The position numbers were made by a program, and so were the translations under genes. This document shows, in pieces, positions 8,129 through 16,494 of a DNA stretch of 36,225 bases (positions within the stretch are counted from its first letter, which is position 1; each line of letters opens with the position of its first letter). Below the pieces are notes generated by a model, which had not been told where the DNA came from, searched no databases, and saw only the letters and a program-made list of their open reading frames with translations. The stretch is from Acidimicrobiia bacterium (GTDB taxonomy: Bacteria > Actinomycetota > Acidimicrobiia > Spongiisociales > ZC4RG35). The stretch lies in the NCBI GenBank assembly GCA_029865445.1, contig JAOUGY010000002.1, positions 1-36,225 of the forward strand, in the 5' to 3' direction.

Positions 8129-9240
8129 CAGATTCCGTATCCCAAGCCCAACTCGGCGTCCCAGCGGCGGAGCTGCGCCAGGATCGGTGGCGTGACTGGC
8201 ACACCGGCCCCTATGTTCTCTTCCTCCGCCACGGCTTCGGGCTCGCCGGCGATGTAGATCCGGCTCTGATCGGGTTCCTTGGCCGAGCCTCGAATCAGGT
8301 CGAAGGTCACGTCCATGTCCGCGGCCACTTGCTCGGGGGGCCGGAAACCTGCCACCTTGATCGCTCCCATGAAGTGACCCATCGCCGGCGGAGCCTCACC
8401 GGAGGCCCCGGCGATCCGGTCGGACAGCGGAGATCCGGCGAGCGCGCCACACAACAGCTCCGCCATCAAAGACAACCCGAAGCCCTTGTGGCCTCCCGAC
8501 TCCGTCCCCTCCCCACCCAACGGAAGCAGCGGGGCGGCATACGTGAGCGTGTCGTTCTCGTCAAGGTCTGGGGTGCCTGCGAGCGAGGACACCCATCCTT
8601 CGGGAAGTCCCCGGCCCTCGCGTAGCGCCGTTTCGATTTTGCCGACAGCCACTGCGGATGTGGCCATGTCCAGGTAGAAGTCGGTGTCCCGACCCGGGAT
8701 GGTGACCGCCAGCGGGTTGGTTCCGAGGATCGAATCCACCCCGTATGTCGGCGCCACCCGGCGCCCGCTGTTCGACAAGCTCAAACCGATGAAGCCTCGC
8801 TTCATCGCCCGGTGAGCCCAGTAGCCGGCATACCCGAAATGACTGCTGTTGCGAACCGCCACGAAACCGGCCCCGTGCTGGTCGGCCATGCCCATTGCCT
8901 CGTTCATGGCGCGTGCGGACACGACGATCCCGATTCCGTTTCCTCCGTCCAGTACGCCGGTGGTGGGGCTGCCGGCCTCGAACCTCATGTCGGGCTCCGT
9001 GGCGATCACACCCCGCTGGAGTCGCACCAGGAAGTAGCTGGTCCGGGCCACACCGTGGCTGCGGATGCCCCGCAGGTCGGCACTGATCAGTACGTCGGCG
9101 ACCAGAGCCGCGTCGTCGTCCGGCACGCCGAGAACCGCAAATGCGTCCTTCACGTAGGCTCGAAGGACATCGGCCCCGATCCGTACCGTTCCTTCGGGTA
9201 GTGAATGAGATTCGACCACAGACCTCCTCGAGCGAATCAT
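8128..9240 (-). CDS. Ldh_2 family (malate/L-lactate/sulfolactate) dehydrogenase, ComC-like
   Basis: 370 aa. The motif SADLRGIRSHGV and the overall length are typical of Ldh_2. It is the first gene of a 3-gene operon with the split decarboxylase. Confidence 0.75.
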   Translation of the reverse strand: MIRSRRSVVESHSLPEGTVRIGADVLRAYVKDAFAVLGVPDDDAALVADVLISADLRGIRSHGVARTSYFLVRLQRGVIATEPDMRFEAGSPTTGVLDGGNGIGIVVSARAMNEAMGMADQHGAGFVAVRNSSHFGYAGYWAHRAMKRGFIGLSLSNSGRRVAPTYGVDSILGTNPLAVTIPGRDTDFYLDMATSAVAVGKIETALREGRGLPEGWVSSLAGTPDLDENDTLTYAAPLLPLGGEGTESGGHKGFGLSLMAELLCGALAGSPLSDRIAGASGEAPPAMGHFMGAIKVAGFRPPEQVAADMDVTFDLIRGSAKEPDQSRIYIAGEPEAVAEEENIGAGVPVTPPILAQLRRWDAELGLGYGI

Positions 9241-9282
9241 ACAAAATCGATTCCATCAGATTTGCTGCTGGAGCCTCAGGTC

Positions 9283-10404
9283 ATGCCGCTCGACCCGATC
9301 GGGGCTCGACCCCGGCGGGCGCCCGTTCGAAAGCCCATCCCGATCTTGTTTCTGACACTGGTGGTGTCGGGAGCTTTCATCCTGACGCAGCCCACGCCAC
9401 CGGCTTTCGAGTGGACCGCCGTGCCCCTGCCGGATGGTGCCAACCTCGACAGCTTGGTGGCGACCCAGGCCGGATTCGCCGTCGCCTCCGGGGCGTACGC
9501 CGACGGTTCGATCTGGACGTCTGCCGACGGCGAGGAATGGGTGAGGATTCCGCTCCCCCGGGCGCCCACCCGGGTCATCCCGGACGGCGACGATCTCGTG
9601 ATCTATGACACCCGGACCGCATCCCGGATCACGGCTGGGGGAGGCATCACAGAACTCGACCTGCCACAACTCCTCCGCACCGGCTACGGATCCGGACGAC
9701 CGGGCATCGTCCCTGGCCGGGCCGGTCTGATCGCCCACTCCGCGATGGGTGACCTGTACCAGGCCGGCCGTCACGGACCCTTCCGGCTGGTCGTCGGATC
9801 GGACCAGTGGAAGACCGCGACGGACATCTCGTTCGGATCGCGATGTTCCCCACCAGGGCGCGTCGGACCGGACCTTCCACCCGTGATCTCCACACCGACC
9901 GGATATGTGGCCTTCATCGCCGCCAGAGACGCATCGGCGGTATGGCCCATCTGCGAGCCCGTGCCATGGACATCCGCCGACGGTTCTACCTGGAGCCGCC
10001 AGGCTACAGAGTCTCCATTTGGCGTCGGTGCCTACATCTCGGACATCGCCTGGAACGGCGATCACTGGGTCGCAGTCGGAGGCGTCGCATTCGACGCTCC
10101 CGCCCTGTGGATATCGGATGACGGGCTCACCTGGCTCCGGCGCAACGCGCCATCGGCCGGAGAACCGTACGAGCTGGTCGCCGTTTCCGCCGGTCCGTCC
10201 GGATTCATCGCCATCGGTCGGTTGCGGGAGCGACCCGGCCTCGCCGGATGGGCTTCGGCGGACGGCTCGTGCTGGGAAACGCTCCCCGAAGAAGTGGCCG
10301 GACGGAGCGTCGCATTCAGCGGCGACCGCGTACTGCTCACTGACCGAACCCTGTCCGACACCACCTGGCTCGGAATCCTCCAGCGCCCCCTCAGCTCTTG
10401 CTGA
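9283..10404 (+). CDS. Membrane-anchored hypothetical protein with beta-propeller-like W-x-S-x-DG-x-x-W repeats
   Basis: N-terminal TM segment IPILFLTLVVSGAFIL. Four repeats: IWTSADGEEW, PWTSADGSTW, LWISDDGLTW, GWASADGSCW. ATG 9283 was chosen because the longer ORF would overlap the divergent gene. Confidence 0.6.
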   Translation: MPLDPIGARPRRAPVRKPIPILFLTLVVSGAFILTQPTPPAFEWTAVPLPDGANLDSLVATQAGFAVASGAYADGSIWTSADGEEWVRIPLPRAPTRVIPDGDDLVIYDTRTASRITAGGGITELDLPQLLRTGYGSGRPGIVPGRAGLIAHSAMGDLYQAGRHGPFRLVVGSDQWKTATDISFGSRCSPPGRVGPDLPPVISTPTGYVAFIAARDASAVWPICEPVPWTSADGSTWSRQATESPFGVGAYISDIAWNGDHWVAVGGVAFDAPALWISDDGLTWLRRNAPSAGEPYELVAVSAGPSGFIAIGRLRERPGLAGWASADGSCWETLPEEVAGRSVAFSGDRVLLTDRTLSDTTWLGILQRPLSSC

Positions 10405-10405
10405 G

Positions 10406-10489
10406 AAGCAACAAGCAACAAGCAACAAGCAACAAGCAACAAGCAACAAGCAACAAGCAACAAGCGACAGGCAACAGGCAACGGGCGAC
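10406..10489 (+). repeat. Heptanucleotide tandem array (AAGCAAC)x8 perfect + 4 degenerate units
   Basis: Read directly from the sequence. Units 9-12 are AAGCGAC AGGCAAC AGGCAAC GGGCGAC. The array starts 1 nt after stop codon TGA 10402-10404. Confidence 0.95.
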
Positions 10490-10580
10490 AGCTGAGGAAC
10501 GAGGACTCTCCGCCTCACGGCTTCGCCGGACTCCCCTGCCGTGCGAGAAACGAGACCCACCGCCACCCGCCTCCCTCGAG

Positions 10581-10616
10581 TTTCCTCCCCCAGCGGGGGA
10601 GGCGGCGCCGAAGGCG
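10581..10616 (+). repeat. Hairpin module H1 (CCTCCCCC-AGC-GGGGGAGG) + H2 (CGCC-GAA-GGCG)
   Basis: The 22-mer TTTCCTCCCCCAGCGGGGGAGG is identical to 29170-29191. At both loci it is followed by a short tri-loop hairpin. Confidence 0.85.
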
Positions 10617-10638
10617 ACGGAGGGGGAGAAAGCCCACC

Positions 10639-10659
10639 GCGCACAGCGCACAGCGCACG
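10639..10659 (+). repeat. Short heptamer array (GCGCACA)x3, last unit imperfect
   Basis: Read directly from the sequence. It occupies the same relative position as the GTACCCG array at 29248-29275. Confidence 0.75.
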
Positions 10660-10815
10660 GCGGCCCGGGCGCAGCTCGGGCCTAGACTCTCCCCAGCACG
10701 GATCGAGCGAGACCAGTTCGCCGAGGGCCGGCGTGGCGGTTACCGGGTGACGCCGCGACGGGACCAGCTGGTGGTGTCGCCGTCGACGTCGTCGACCCCA
10801 CCCGGACGAGGAAAC

Positions 10816-12447
10816 ATGACCAGTCGCTCGGGTGCACACGCTCTGGTGGAGTCCCTGCTCGCAGAAGGACTCACGACGCTCTTCGGGATTCCCGGTGTCG
10901 GAACATTGCCGGTGTACGACGCATTCCTCGACCATCCCGCCCTCCGCCACATCGAAACCCGACACGAGCAGGGCGCCATCTTCATGGCGGACGGATACGC
11001 CCGGGCCAGCGGCGATATCGGCGTCGCGTTCACGTCCGGCGGTCCAGGTTCACTCAACACGCTCACCGCCATGGCCACGGCGTTCAACGACAGCTCGGCG
11101 GTCCTTCACCTCGTCAACGAGAACCCGGCGAGCGTCCGACGGAAGATGAAGGGCCACTTCCACGACATGAGCGACCAGTTCGGGATCTTCCGGTCGGTCA
11201 CCGACTTCGGCATCCAGGCTTCGCTTGCCGACGAGATCCCGGCCGCCATCCATCAGGCTGCATTCGCCCTCCGCAACCGGCGGCCCCGGCCCGCCATAGT
11301 CGAGATCGCCGCCGAAGCCTTCTCCAACCCGACCTCCGCCCCGGTGGCCGACCGCGCAATCAGGTCCGATCGTGAGCCTTCTCTCGACCAAGTCCGGGAA
11401 GCAGCCGCCCTCATCGCCCAAGCCTCCAAACCCGTCATCTGGTCCGGCGGCGGCGTCGCCACGGCAGCCGCCGCCGAGGCACTCCAAAGGCTCGCCGAGA
11501 GGACCGGGGCGGCGGTGATCACCACCCAGAAGGGAAAAGGCGGTCTCCCCGCCGATCACCCACTCCACATCGGCAACTGGGCCAATGAGAGACCTGTGCG
11601 TGACCTGATCGCGTCGTCGGATCTCCTCATCGCCGTCGGAACGCGTTTCTCCTACTTCCCTACAGGCGGCTGGTCACTCGACATCCCCGTCCCCATCATC
11701 CAGATCGATGTGGACCCCAGCGAGATCGGGCGGAACTATCGGGTGCGAGCAGGCGTAGTCGGAGACGCCGCCCTCTCGCTCGAAGCCATCGACACGGCCC
11801 TCACGGACATCGGATTCGAACAGCAGGAGTGGCGGAGTGCCGACGTGGCAGACGCCCTTCGACGTATCCATGCCAGGGTGGGCGAACCAGTCGAGATCCA
11901 GGTCCTCGACCAGATCCGATCGGCGCTCCCTCACGACGCTCTCGTCTTCAACGACCCGACCACGATTGCGTTCTGGGCCCGGTCGATCTGGAAGGCGTAC
12001 TCCCCTCGGACCTGGTTCGTTCCGTCCGGGTTCGGCACGCTGGGTTCCTCATTGCCCACCGCCATCGGCGCAAAGGTTGCCCGACCCGACACGCCGTGTA
12101 TCACCATCGTCGGGGATGCCGGGATCATGTTCACTATCCAGGACCTGATGACTGCGGTGCAAGAGAACATCCCCGTCATCGTCATGGTCTTCAACGATCG
12201 GGGATATGGAGTCGAGCGCCGCCACCAAGACCATCTCTACGGTCGGCGTAATGCCGTCGACCTCGTGCCACCCGACTTCGTGGCGGTCGCCGAGGCGTTC
12301 GGCGCTCGTGGCCTGCTCGTCGACGACCTGTCGAACGTAGGAGCGACACTCGAGTCGGTCCTCGAGACCGACCGGCCCACACTCATCGAAATCCCCAACC
12401 AGTTCGGACATCCCGGCTACGGGTCGTTCGCCAACTGGGACGACTGA
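10816..12447 (+). CDS. Thiamine-pyrophosphate enzyme (acetolactate synthase large subunit / sulfoacetaldehyde acetyltransferase superfamily)
   Basis: N-terminal HEQGAIFMADGYARASG...TSGGPGSLN, C-terminal GDAGIMF TPP motif, 543 aa. ATG 10816 follows GAGGAA. Confidence 0.85.
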   Translation: MTSRSGAHALVESLLAEGLTTLFGIPGVGTLPVYDAFLDHPALRHIETRHEQGAIFMADGYARASGDIGVAFTSGGPGSLNTLTAMATAFNDSSAVLHLVNENPASVRRKMKGHFHDMSDQFGIFRSVTDFGIQASLADEIPAAIHQAAFALRNRRPRPAIVEIAAEAFSNPTSAPVADRAIRSDREPSLDQVREAAALIAQASKPVIWSGGGVATAAAAEALQRLAERTGAAVITTQKGKGGLPADHPLHIGNWANERPVRDLIASSDLLIAVGTRFSYFPTGGWSLDIPVPIIQIDVDPSEIGRNYRVRAGVVGDAALSLEAIDTALTDIGFEQQEWRSADVADALRRIHARVGEPVEIQVLDQIRSALPHDALVFNDPTTIAFWARSIWKAYSPRTWFVPSGFGTLGSSLPTAIGAKVARPDTPCITIVGDAGIMFTIQDLMTAVQENIPVIVMVFNDRGYGVERRHQDHLYGRRNAVDLVPPDFVAVAEAFGARGLLVDDLSNVGATLESVLETDRPTLIEIPNQFGHPGYGSFANWDD

Positions 12448-12466
12448 CAGCAAAAGGAGCCCACCG

Positions 12467-13468
12467 ATGACGACCTACGATGTCCACGCCCACGCTCTCG
12501 TTCCCGACGCCCTGTCCGAGATGGCTGCAGCGCACCCGGACCACGGGCCGAGCCTGTTCGAGGAGGAAGGCGTCACGTACCTGGCGTATCCCGGACGCGC
12601 TCGTCTCGGGCCGCTTCCCCGCGGGATCTTCGACCCGGAGGTTCGGATCAGCGAGATGGATGATCAGCGTGTCGACGTTCAGGTCATCGCGATCGCGCCC
12701 CCCAACTACTTCTATCACGCGCCCGCCAACGTGGGAGCCGAGTTCGCCACCATCCAGAACAATCACCTCTTGGCCCTGAGCGACTCGAACCCGGATCGAT
12801 TCCACGTCTTTGGAACCCTCCCCCTCCAGGATGTGGACGCCTCGCTCGCTGAGCTCGACCGCATCGAGGCATTCCCGCGGCTGCGCGGGATCCAGATCGG
12901 CACCAACATCAACGGGGTCAACCTGGACGCTGCCGAACTCGAACCCTTCTGGGCGGCCATGGAGGCCCGTAACCTGCCTGTGTGGGTCCACGGTGACCAG
13001 CGGATGCTCGCCGGCGCCGACCGCCTCGGGAAGTACTACCTGCAGAACTTCATCGGCCAGCCACTCGAGTCGACCATCGCCATGGGCTACCTCATCTTCG
13101 GCGGCGTCCTCGAGCGCTATCCCAACCTGCGATTCGGGTGGGTGCACGGTGGAGGATTCCTGCCGTATCAGATCGGGAGGTGGGACCACGGCTGGAGCGT
13201 CCGCACGGAAGCCGTACAGGTCATCGCGGACACGCCCCCCAGCGCCTACTTCAAGAAGATGTGGTTCGACACACTCACCCACGATCCGTTGTCGCTCGAC
13301 TTCCTCGGCCGCCGGGTGGGGTGGGACCACGTCGTCCTCGGCTCGGACTATCCCTTCGACATGGCGTCCGTCGATCCGGTCGGTGGGGTGGACGCGATCA
13401 GCCTCTCGGACGAGAACCGGACGAAGGTGCTCCAGACCAACGCCGAGACGTTTCTGCGTCCACTGTGA
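12467..13468 (+). CDS. Amidohydrolase-2 family protein (ACMSD-like metal-dependent hydrolase/decarboxylase)
   Basis: N-terminal YDVHAH metal motif, ~330 aa, C-terminal SDYPF motif. SD AAGGAG lies upstream. Confidence 0.8.
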   Translation: MTTYDVHAHALVPDALSEMAAAHPDHGPSLFEEEGVTYLAYPGRARLGPLPRGIFDPEVRISEMDDQRVDVQVIAIAPPNYFYHAPANVGAEFATIQNNHLLALSDSNPDRFHVFGTLPLQDVDASLAELDRIEAFPRLRGIQIGTNINGVNLDAAELEPFWAAMEARNLPVWVHGDQRMLAGADRLGKYYLQNFIGQPLESTIAMGYLIFGGVLERYPNLRFGWVHGGGFLPYQIGRWDHGWSVRTEAVQVIADTPPSAYFKKMWFDTLTHDPLSLDFLGRRVGWDHVVLGSDYPFDMASVDPVGGVDAISLSDENRTKVLQTNAETFLRPL

Positions 13469-14388
13469 GATACACCCGACTCGCCGGACTCGAGGTGTCG
13501 GTCATCGGTCTCGGCTGCAACAACTTCGGCCGCGCCCTCGATGCCGCCGCCAGCCGGGTGGTCGCCGACGCCGCTCTCGATGCAGGGGTCAACTTCTTCG
13601 ACACGTCGGACAACTACGGCGAAGGACGGTCGGAGTCATTCCTCGGACGTGCCCTCGGGTCGCGACGCTCGGAGGTGCTGGTTGCGACCAAGTTCGGGAT
13701 GCCGGTCCCCGACGTCGAGGGATCCGGAGGCGCCCGGCCGGAGTACGTCCGCGGGGCAATCCGTAGGAGCCTCGACCAACTCGGCACCACATGGATCGAT
13801 CTGTATCAGCTACACAAGCCCGATCCTTCCACGCCCATCGGCGACACCCTCACAGCCATGTGGGAGCTCGTCGAGGAGGGACTGGTACGAGAGATCGGCT
13901 GCTCGAATCTCGATGCCGCCCAGACCGCCGCAGCCCTCGACTTCGCGAGAGAGAAGGGTGGGAGGCCGTTCGTATCGAACCAGGTCCAGTACAGCCTCAT
14001 CCATCGCGACCCGCAGACGAATGGTCTCACCGACCTCGCCCTCCGGGAAGGCATGGCGCTGCTCCCCTTCTACCCACTCGCCAACGGCATGCTCACCGGA
14101 AAGGTTCGTCGTGACGTCCCGATCGAAGGGCGGCTCACAATGGACCGGTACCAGAGCTTCCTCGTCGACCGCAACTACGACATCGCCGAACGGATCGGCG
14201 AGTTCGCCTCCGAACGAGGACTGTCGATGGTGCAGGTGGCCTTGGGTTGGCTAGTCGCACAACCCGAGGTTCCCTCCGTGACCCCTGGTGCCACGCGAGT
14301 CGAGCAGGTGGTGTCCAACGTGGCCGCCGCCGACTGGACACCAACCCCCGATGATCTCGCAGCGCTCGACTCGATCACCGCAGCGTGA
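13465..14388 (+). CDS. Aldo/keto reductase
   Basis: Motifs GLGCNNFG and DTSDNYGEGRSE, 307 aa. GTGA overlap start at 13465-13468. Confidence 0.85.
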   Translation: MRYTRLAGLEVSVIGLGCNNFGRALDAAASRVVADAALDAGVNFFDTSDNYGEGRSESFLGRALGSRRSEVLVATKFGMPVPDVEGSGGARPEYVRGAIRRSLDQLGTTWIDLYQLHKPDPSTPIGDTLTAMWELVEEGLVREIGCSNLDAAQTAAALDFAREKGGRPFVSNQVQYSLIHRDPQTNGLTDLALREGMALLPFYPLANGMLTGKVRRDVPIEGRLTMDRYQSFLVDRNYDIAERIGEFASERGLSMVQVALGWLVAQPEVPSVTPGATRVEQVVSNVAAADWTPTPDDLAALDSITAA

Positions 14389-15167
14389 CACACTTCGACA
14401 TGGCAGCAGACACCCGAGCACCCACGAGCCTCATCGAACGGATGATGCGGGTCATCGAAGCGGTGGTCGATGCGGCCGAGCCAGTCGGCCCCCGTGGTCT
14501 CGCCAGGTCACTCGGCATCGACCGCAGCGCCGTCGGGCGCATCCTCCTCCAACTCACCGAGCTCGACGTGCTGGAGCGAACGAGCGAAGGGTATGTGCCG
14601 GGTCCGCGACTCTTCGTGCTGAGCCGGGTCCTCGGTGCCCGCGACACCTTGCCCGAGATCGTGGGGCCGGTGCTGAGCGCTCTCGTCGACCGTTTCGACG
14701 AGACGTGTTACGTGTGCGCGTTTCACGGTGATGTCGCAGTCTTCACCCATGAGATTCAGAGTTCCAAGCCTCTCCGATTCGTCATCGAGCTGGGCCGCCC
14801 GGTTCCGCTCCACGCAGGAGCCGCCGGCCGGGCGATTCTGGCCGGGCTAGACGACCGACAGATCCGCGCCGTTCTCGGGGACCGATCGCTGGAGACTCTC
14901 ACGTCGACCACGATCACCGATGTCGACGAACTCGTCGAGCTGGCCCGAGGTGATCGGGACCGGGGGTTCACGGTGAGCAAAGAGGAGCGGGTCGCCGGAG
15001 GTGCTTCCATCGCCGCACCCTTCTTCGATCAACACGGCCGCTGCCAGGGTTCGGTGGTGTTCACCACCCCGCTGAGCAGGCTCGACACCGCCCAGATCGA
15101 CGAGATCGGAACTGCGGTCGCCGAATCGGCACGAGCCTTGACGGAACGCTTGAGGAGAGGTGGTTGA
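14385..15167 (+). CDS. IclR family transcriptional regulator
   Basis: N-terminal winged HTH (GPRGLARSLGIDRSAVGRILLQL) plus an IclR-type effector domain. GTGA overlap at 14385-14388. Confidence 0.85.
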   Translation: MTHFDMAADTRAPTSLIERMMRVIEAVVDAAEPVGPRGLARSLGIDRSAVGRILLQLTELDVLERTSEGYVPGPRLFVLSRVLGARDTLPEIVGPVLSALVDRFDETCYVCAFHGDVAVFTHEIQSSKPLRFVIELGRPVPLHAGAAGRAILAGLDDRQIRAVLGDRSLETLTSTTITDVDELVELARGDRDRGFTVSKEERVAGGASIAAPFFDQHGRCQGSVVFTTPLSRLDTAQIDEIGTAVAESARALTERLRRGG

Positions 15168-16221
15168 CGTGTTTGGTATCGGCATGATCGGGCTGGGCCG
15201 GTGGGCCAACGCCCACGGGGACGCCGCTGCTCGCTCCGACCGCGTTCGCATCGTTAGCTGCTTCGCTCGGACAGAGGCTGCCAGGGACGACTACCAGCGG
15301 CGGTATGGCGTCGATCGGACCGCCGGGTCGATCGACGAGTTGCTGTCGGACCCGGACGTCCACGGGGTCGTGATATCGACACCCAACGACCTCCACGTCG
15401 AACATGCCCTCGCCGCCGTCAGAGCCGGCAAGCCTGCCCTCATCGACAAACCTGTGAGCGTCGACACCGCGGAAGGTCTCACCCTCTTGCGTGCTGCGGT
15501 TTCAGCCGGCGTGGCCGTCGGTGTCGCTCATCATCCCCGCCGCCTGGCCGGCCTCCGGGCGGCGAAACGTTGGCTCGAGTCGAGCGAATCGGGCAGGGTT
15601 CGCCTCGCCCATGCCGACTTCTCCAACAACCGGAGCGCCCACATGAGGCCCGATGCCTGGCACCGGTCGGCCCGTGGGTCCGAGGCCGGCGTTCTCATCC
15701 AAGTGGGTATCCACCAGGTCGAGAACATGCTGTACCTGCTGGGCCCAGCGGTCTCGGTGAATGCCCGCTTCCGTCATGACACGCTCGGTCCCACGATGCC
15801 GGACCTGGCGGCGGTGACGATGGTGCACGCCTCAGGGGCCGTGTCGAGCGTGACGAGCAGTTGGACGACCCCCGGGTACTTCTCGGTCGAGCTCCTGGCA
15901 ACAGGCGGCAACCTCACGTATCGCCTCGACCACCGCAGGTGGACGAGCGGCGACGTCGACGACTTCGGCGAGGCCTGGCTCCATCCCACCGATGGGGAAC
16001 GAACGCCCCTCCCGACAGGCAAGGGCGACCCGTTGAGAGAGCAACTGGAGGAACTACCTGCCGGAACGATGGAGGTCGACGTCGTTGCGGGCCTGCGGGC
16101 AACCATGGTGGTGGAAGCGTCGGTTCAATCGGCCCAGTCCGGTGGCGCCGCCATCGACCTCGCCTCTCTCGCCCAAGCCGCCGGCGCCACCCCCGAAGAG
16201 ATCAGCCTGCTCCTGACCTGA
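15160..16221 (+). CDS. Gfo/Idh/MocA family oxidoreductase
   Basis: GIGMIGLGRWA Rossmann start and LIDKP motif. The start is ambiguous (GTG 15160 or GTG 15169). Confidence 0.8.
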   Translation: MVDVFGIGMIGLGRWANAHGDAAARSDRVRIVSCFARTEAARDDYQRRYGVDRTAGSIDELLSDPDVHGVVISTPNDLHVEHALAAVRAGKPALIDKPVSVDTAEGLTLLRAAVSAGVAVGVAHHPRRLAGLRAAKRWLESSESGRVRLAHADFSNNRSAHMRPDAWHRSARGSEAGVLIQVGIHQVENMLYLLGPAVSVNARFRHDTLGPTMPDLAAVTMVHASGAVSSVTSSWTTPGYFSVELLATGGNLTYRLDHRRWTSGDVDDFGEAWLHPTDGERTPLPTGKGDPLREQLEELPAGTMEVDVVAGLRATMVVEASVQSAQSGGAAIDLASLAQAAGATPEEISLLLT

Positions 16222-16467
16222 GTTGTCCCCCGGAGCGGAGCGAGGGGGGAAGGTTCCTGCCGGCCGGAGGCCGGGAGGTACGGGGCTTCTCAACGCGGGA
16301 GGCGGGTTTCTTGTGTGCCAGGTCCCGCGGGATGGCGCCGTTGCGAGTCTCCTGGTGCCGGCGGGTTGCGGGTGTCCACCTCACAGTGTGGTTCCGCGTT
16401 GAGCATTCCCCCTACCTGCCATCTCTCTTCGGTCGATGGCAGGGACCTTCCCCCAAGGGGACAACTC
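16220..16467 (+). repeat. Copy C (complete) of the structured repeat, closed by terminal inverted repeats. MITE-like element or structured ncRNA.
   Basis: The 11-bp TIR GAGTTGTCCCC (16220-16230) pairs with GGGGACAACTC (16457-16467). A further 17-bp pairing joins 16245-16261 to 16438-16454. The core is homologous to 103-293. Confidence 0.85.
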
Positions 16468-16494
16468 CAGGGGTCCGTGAGGCCTCGCACCGGT

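Noticed and set aside
10406-10489. A CRISPR array as an explanation for the tandem repeats (also 29051-29106)
   Set aside because: The units are 7 nt with no spacers, and there are no cas genes. This is a microsatellite-like tandem array, not a repeat-spacer architecture.
9256-10965. 569-aa minus-strand ORF spanning the propeller gene, the heptamer array and the intergenic region
   Set aside because: It is a shadow ORF of a high-GC region. Composition is R/P/G/S-rich, it runs antisense to a well-supported gene, and it reads straight through tandem repeats (LVACCLLLVACCLL).
16220-16467. Calling the repeat a known RNA family (6C RNA, mini-ykkC, riboswitch) or an autonomous IS
   Set aside because: No known consensus could be matched by eye. 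There is no transposase ORF within or next to any copy. It is left as an unclassified structured repeat.
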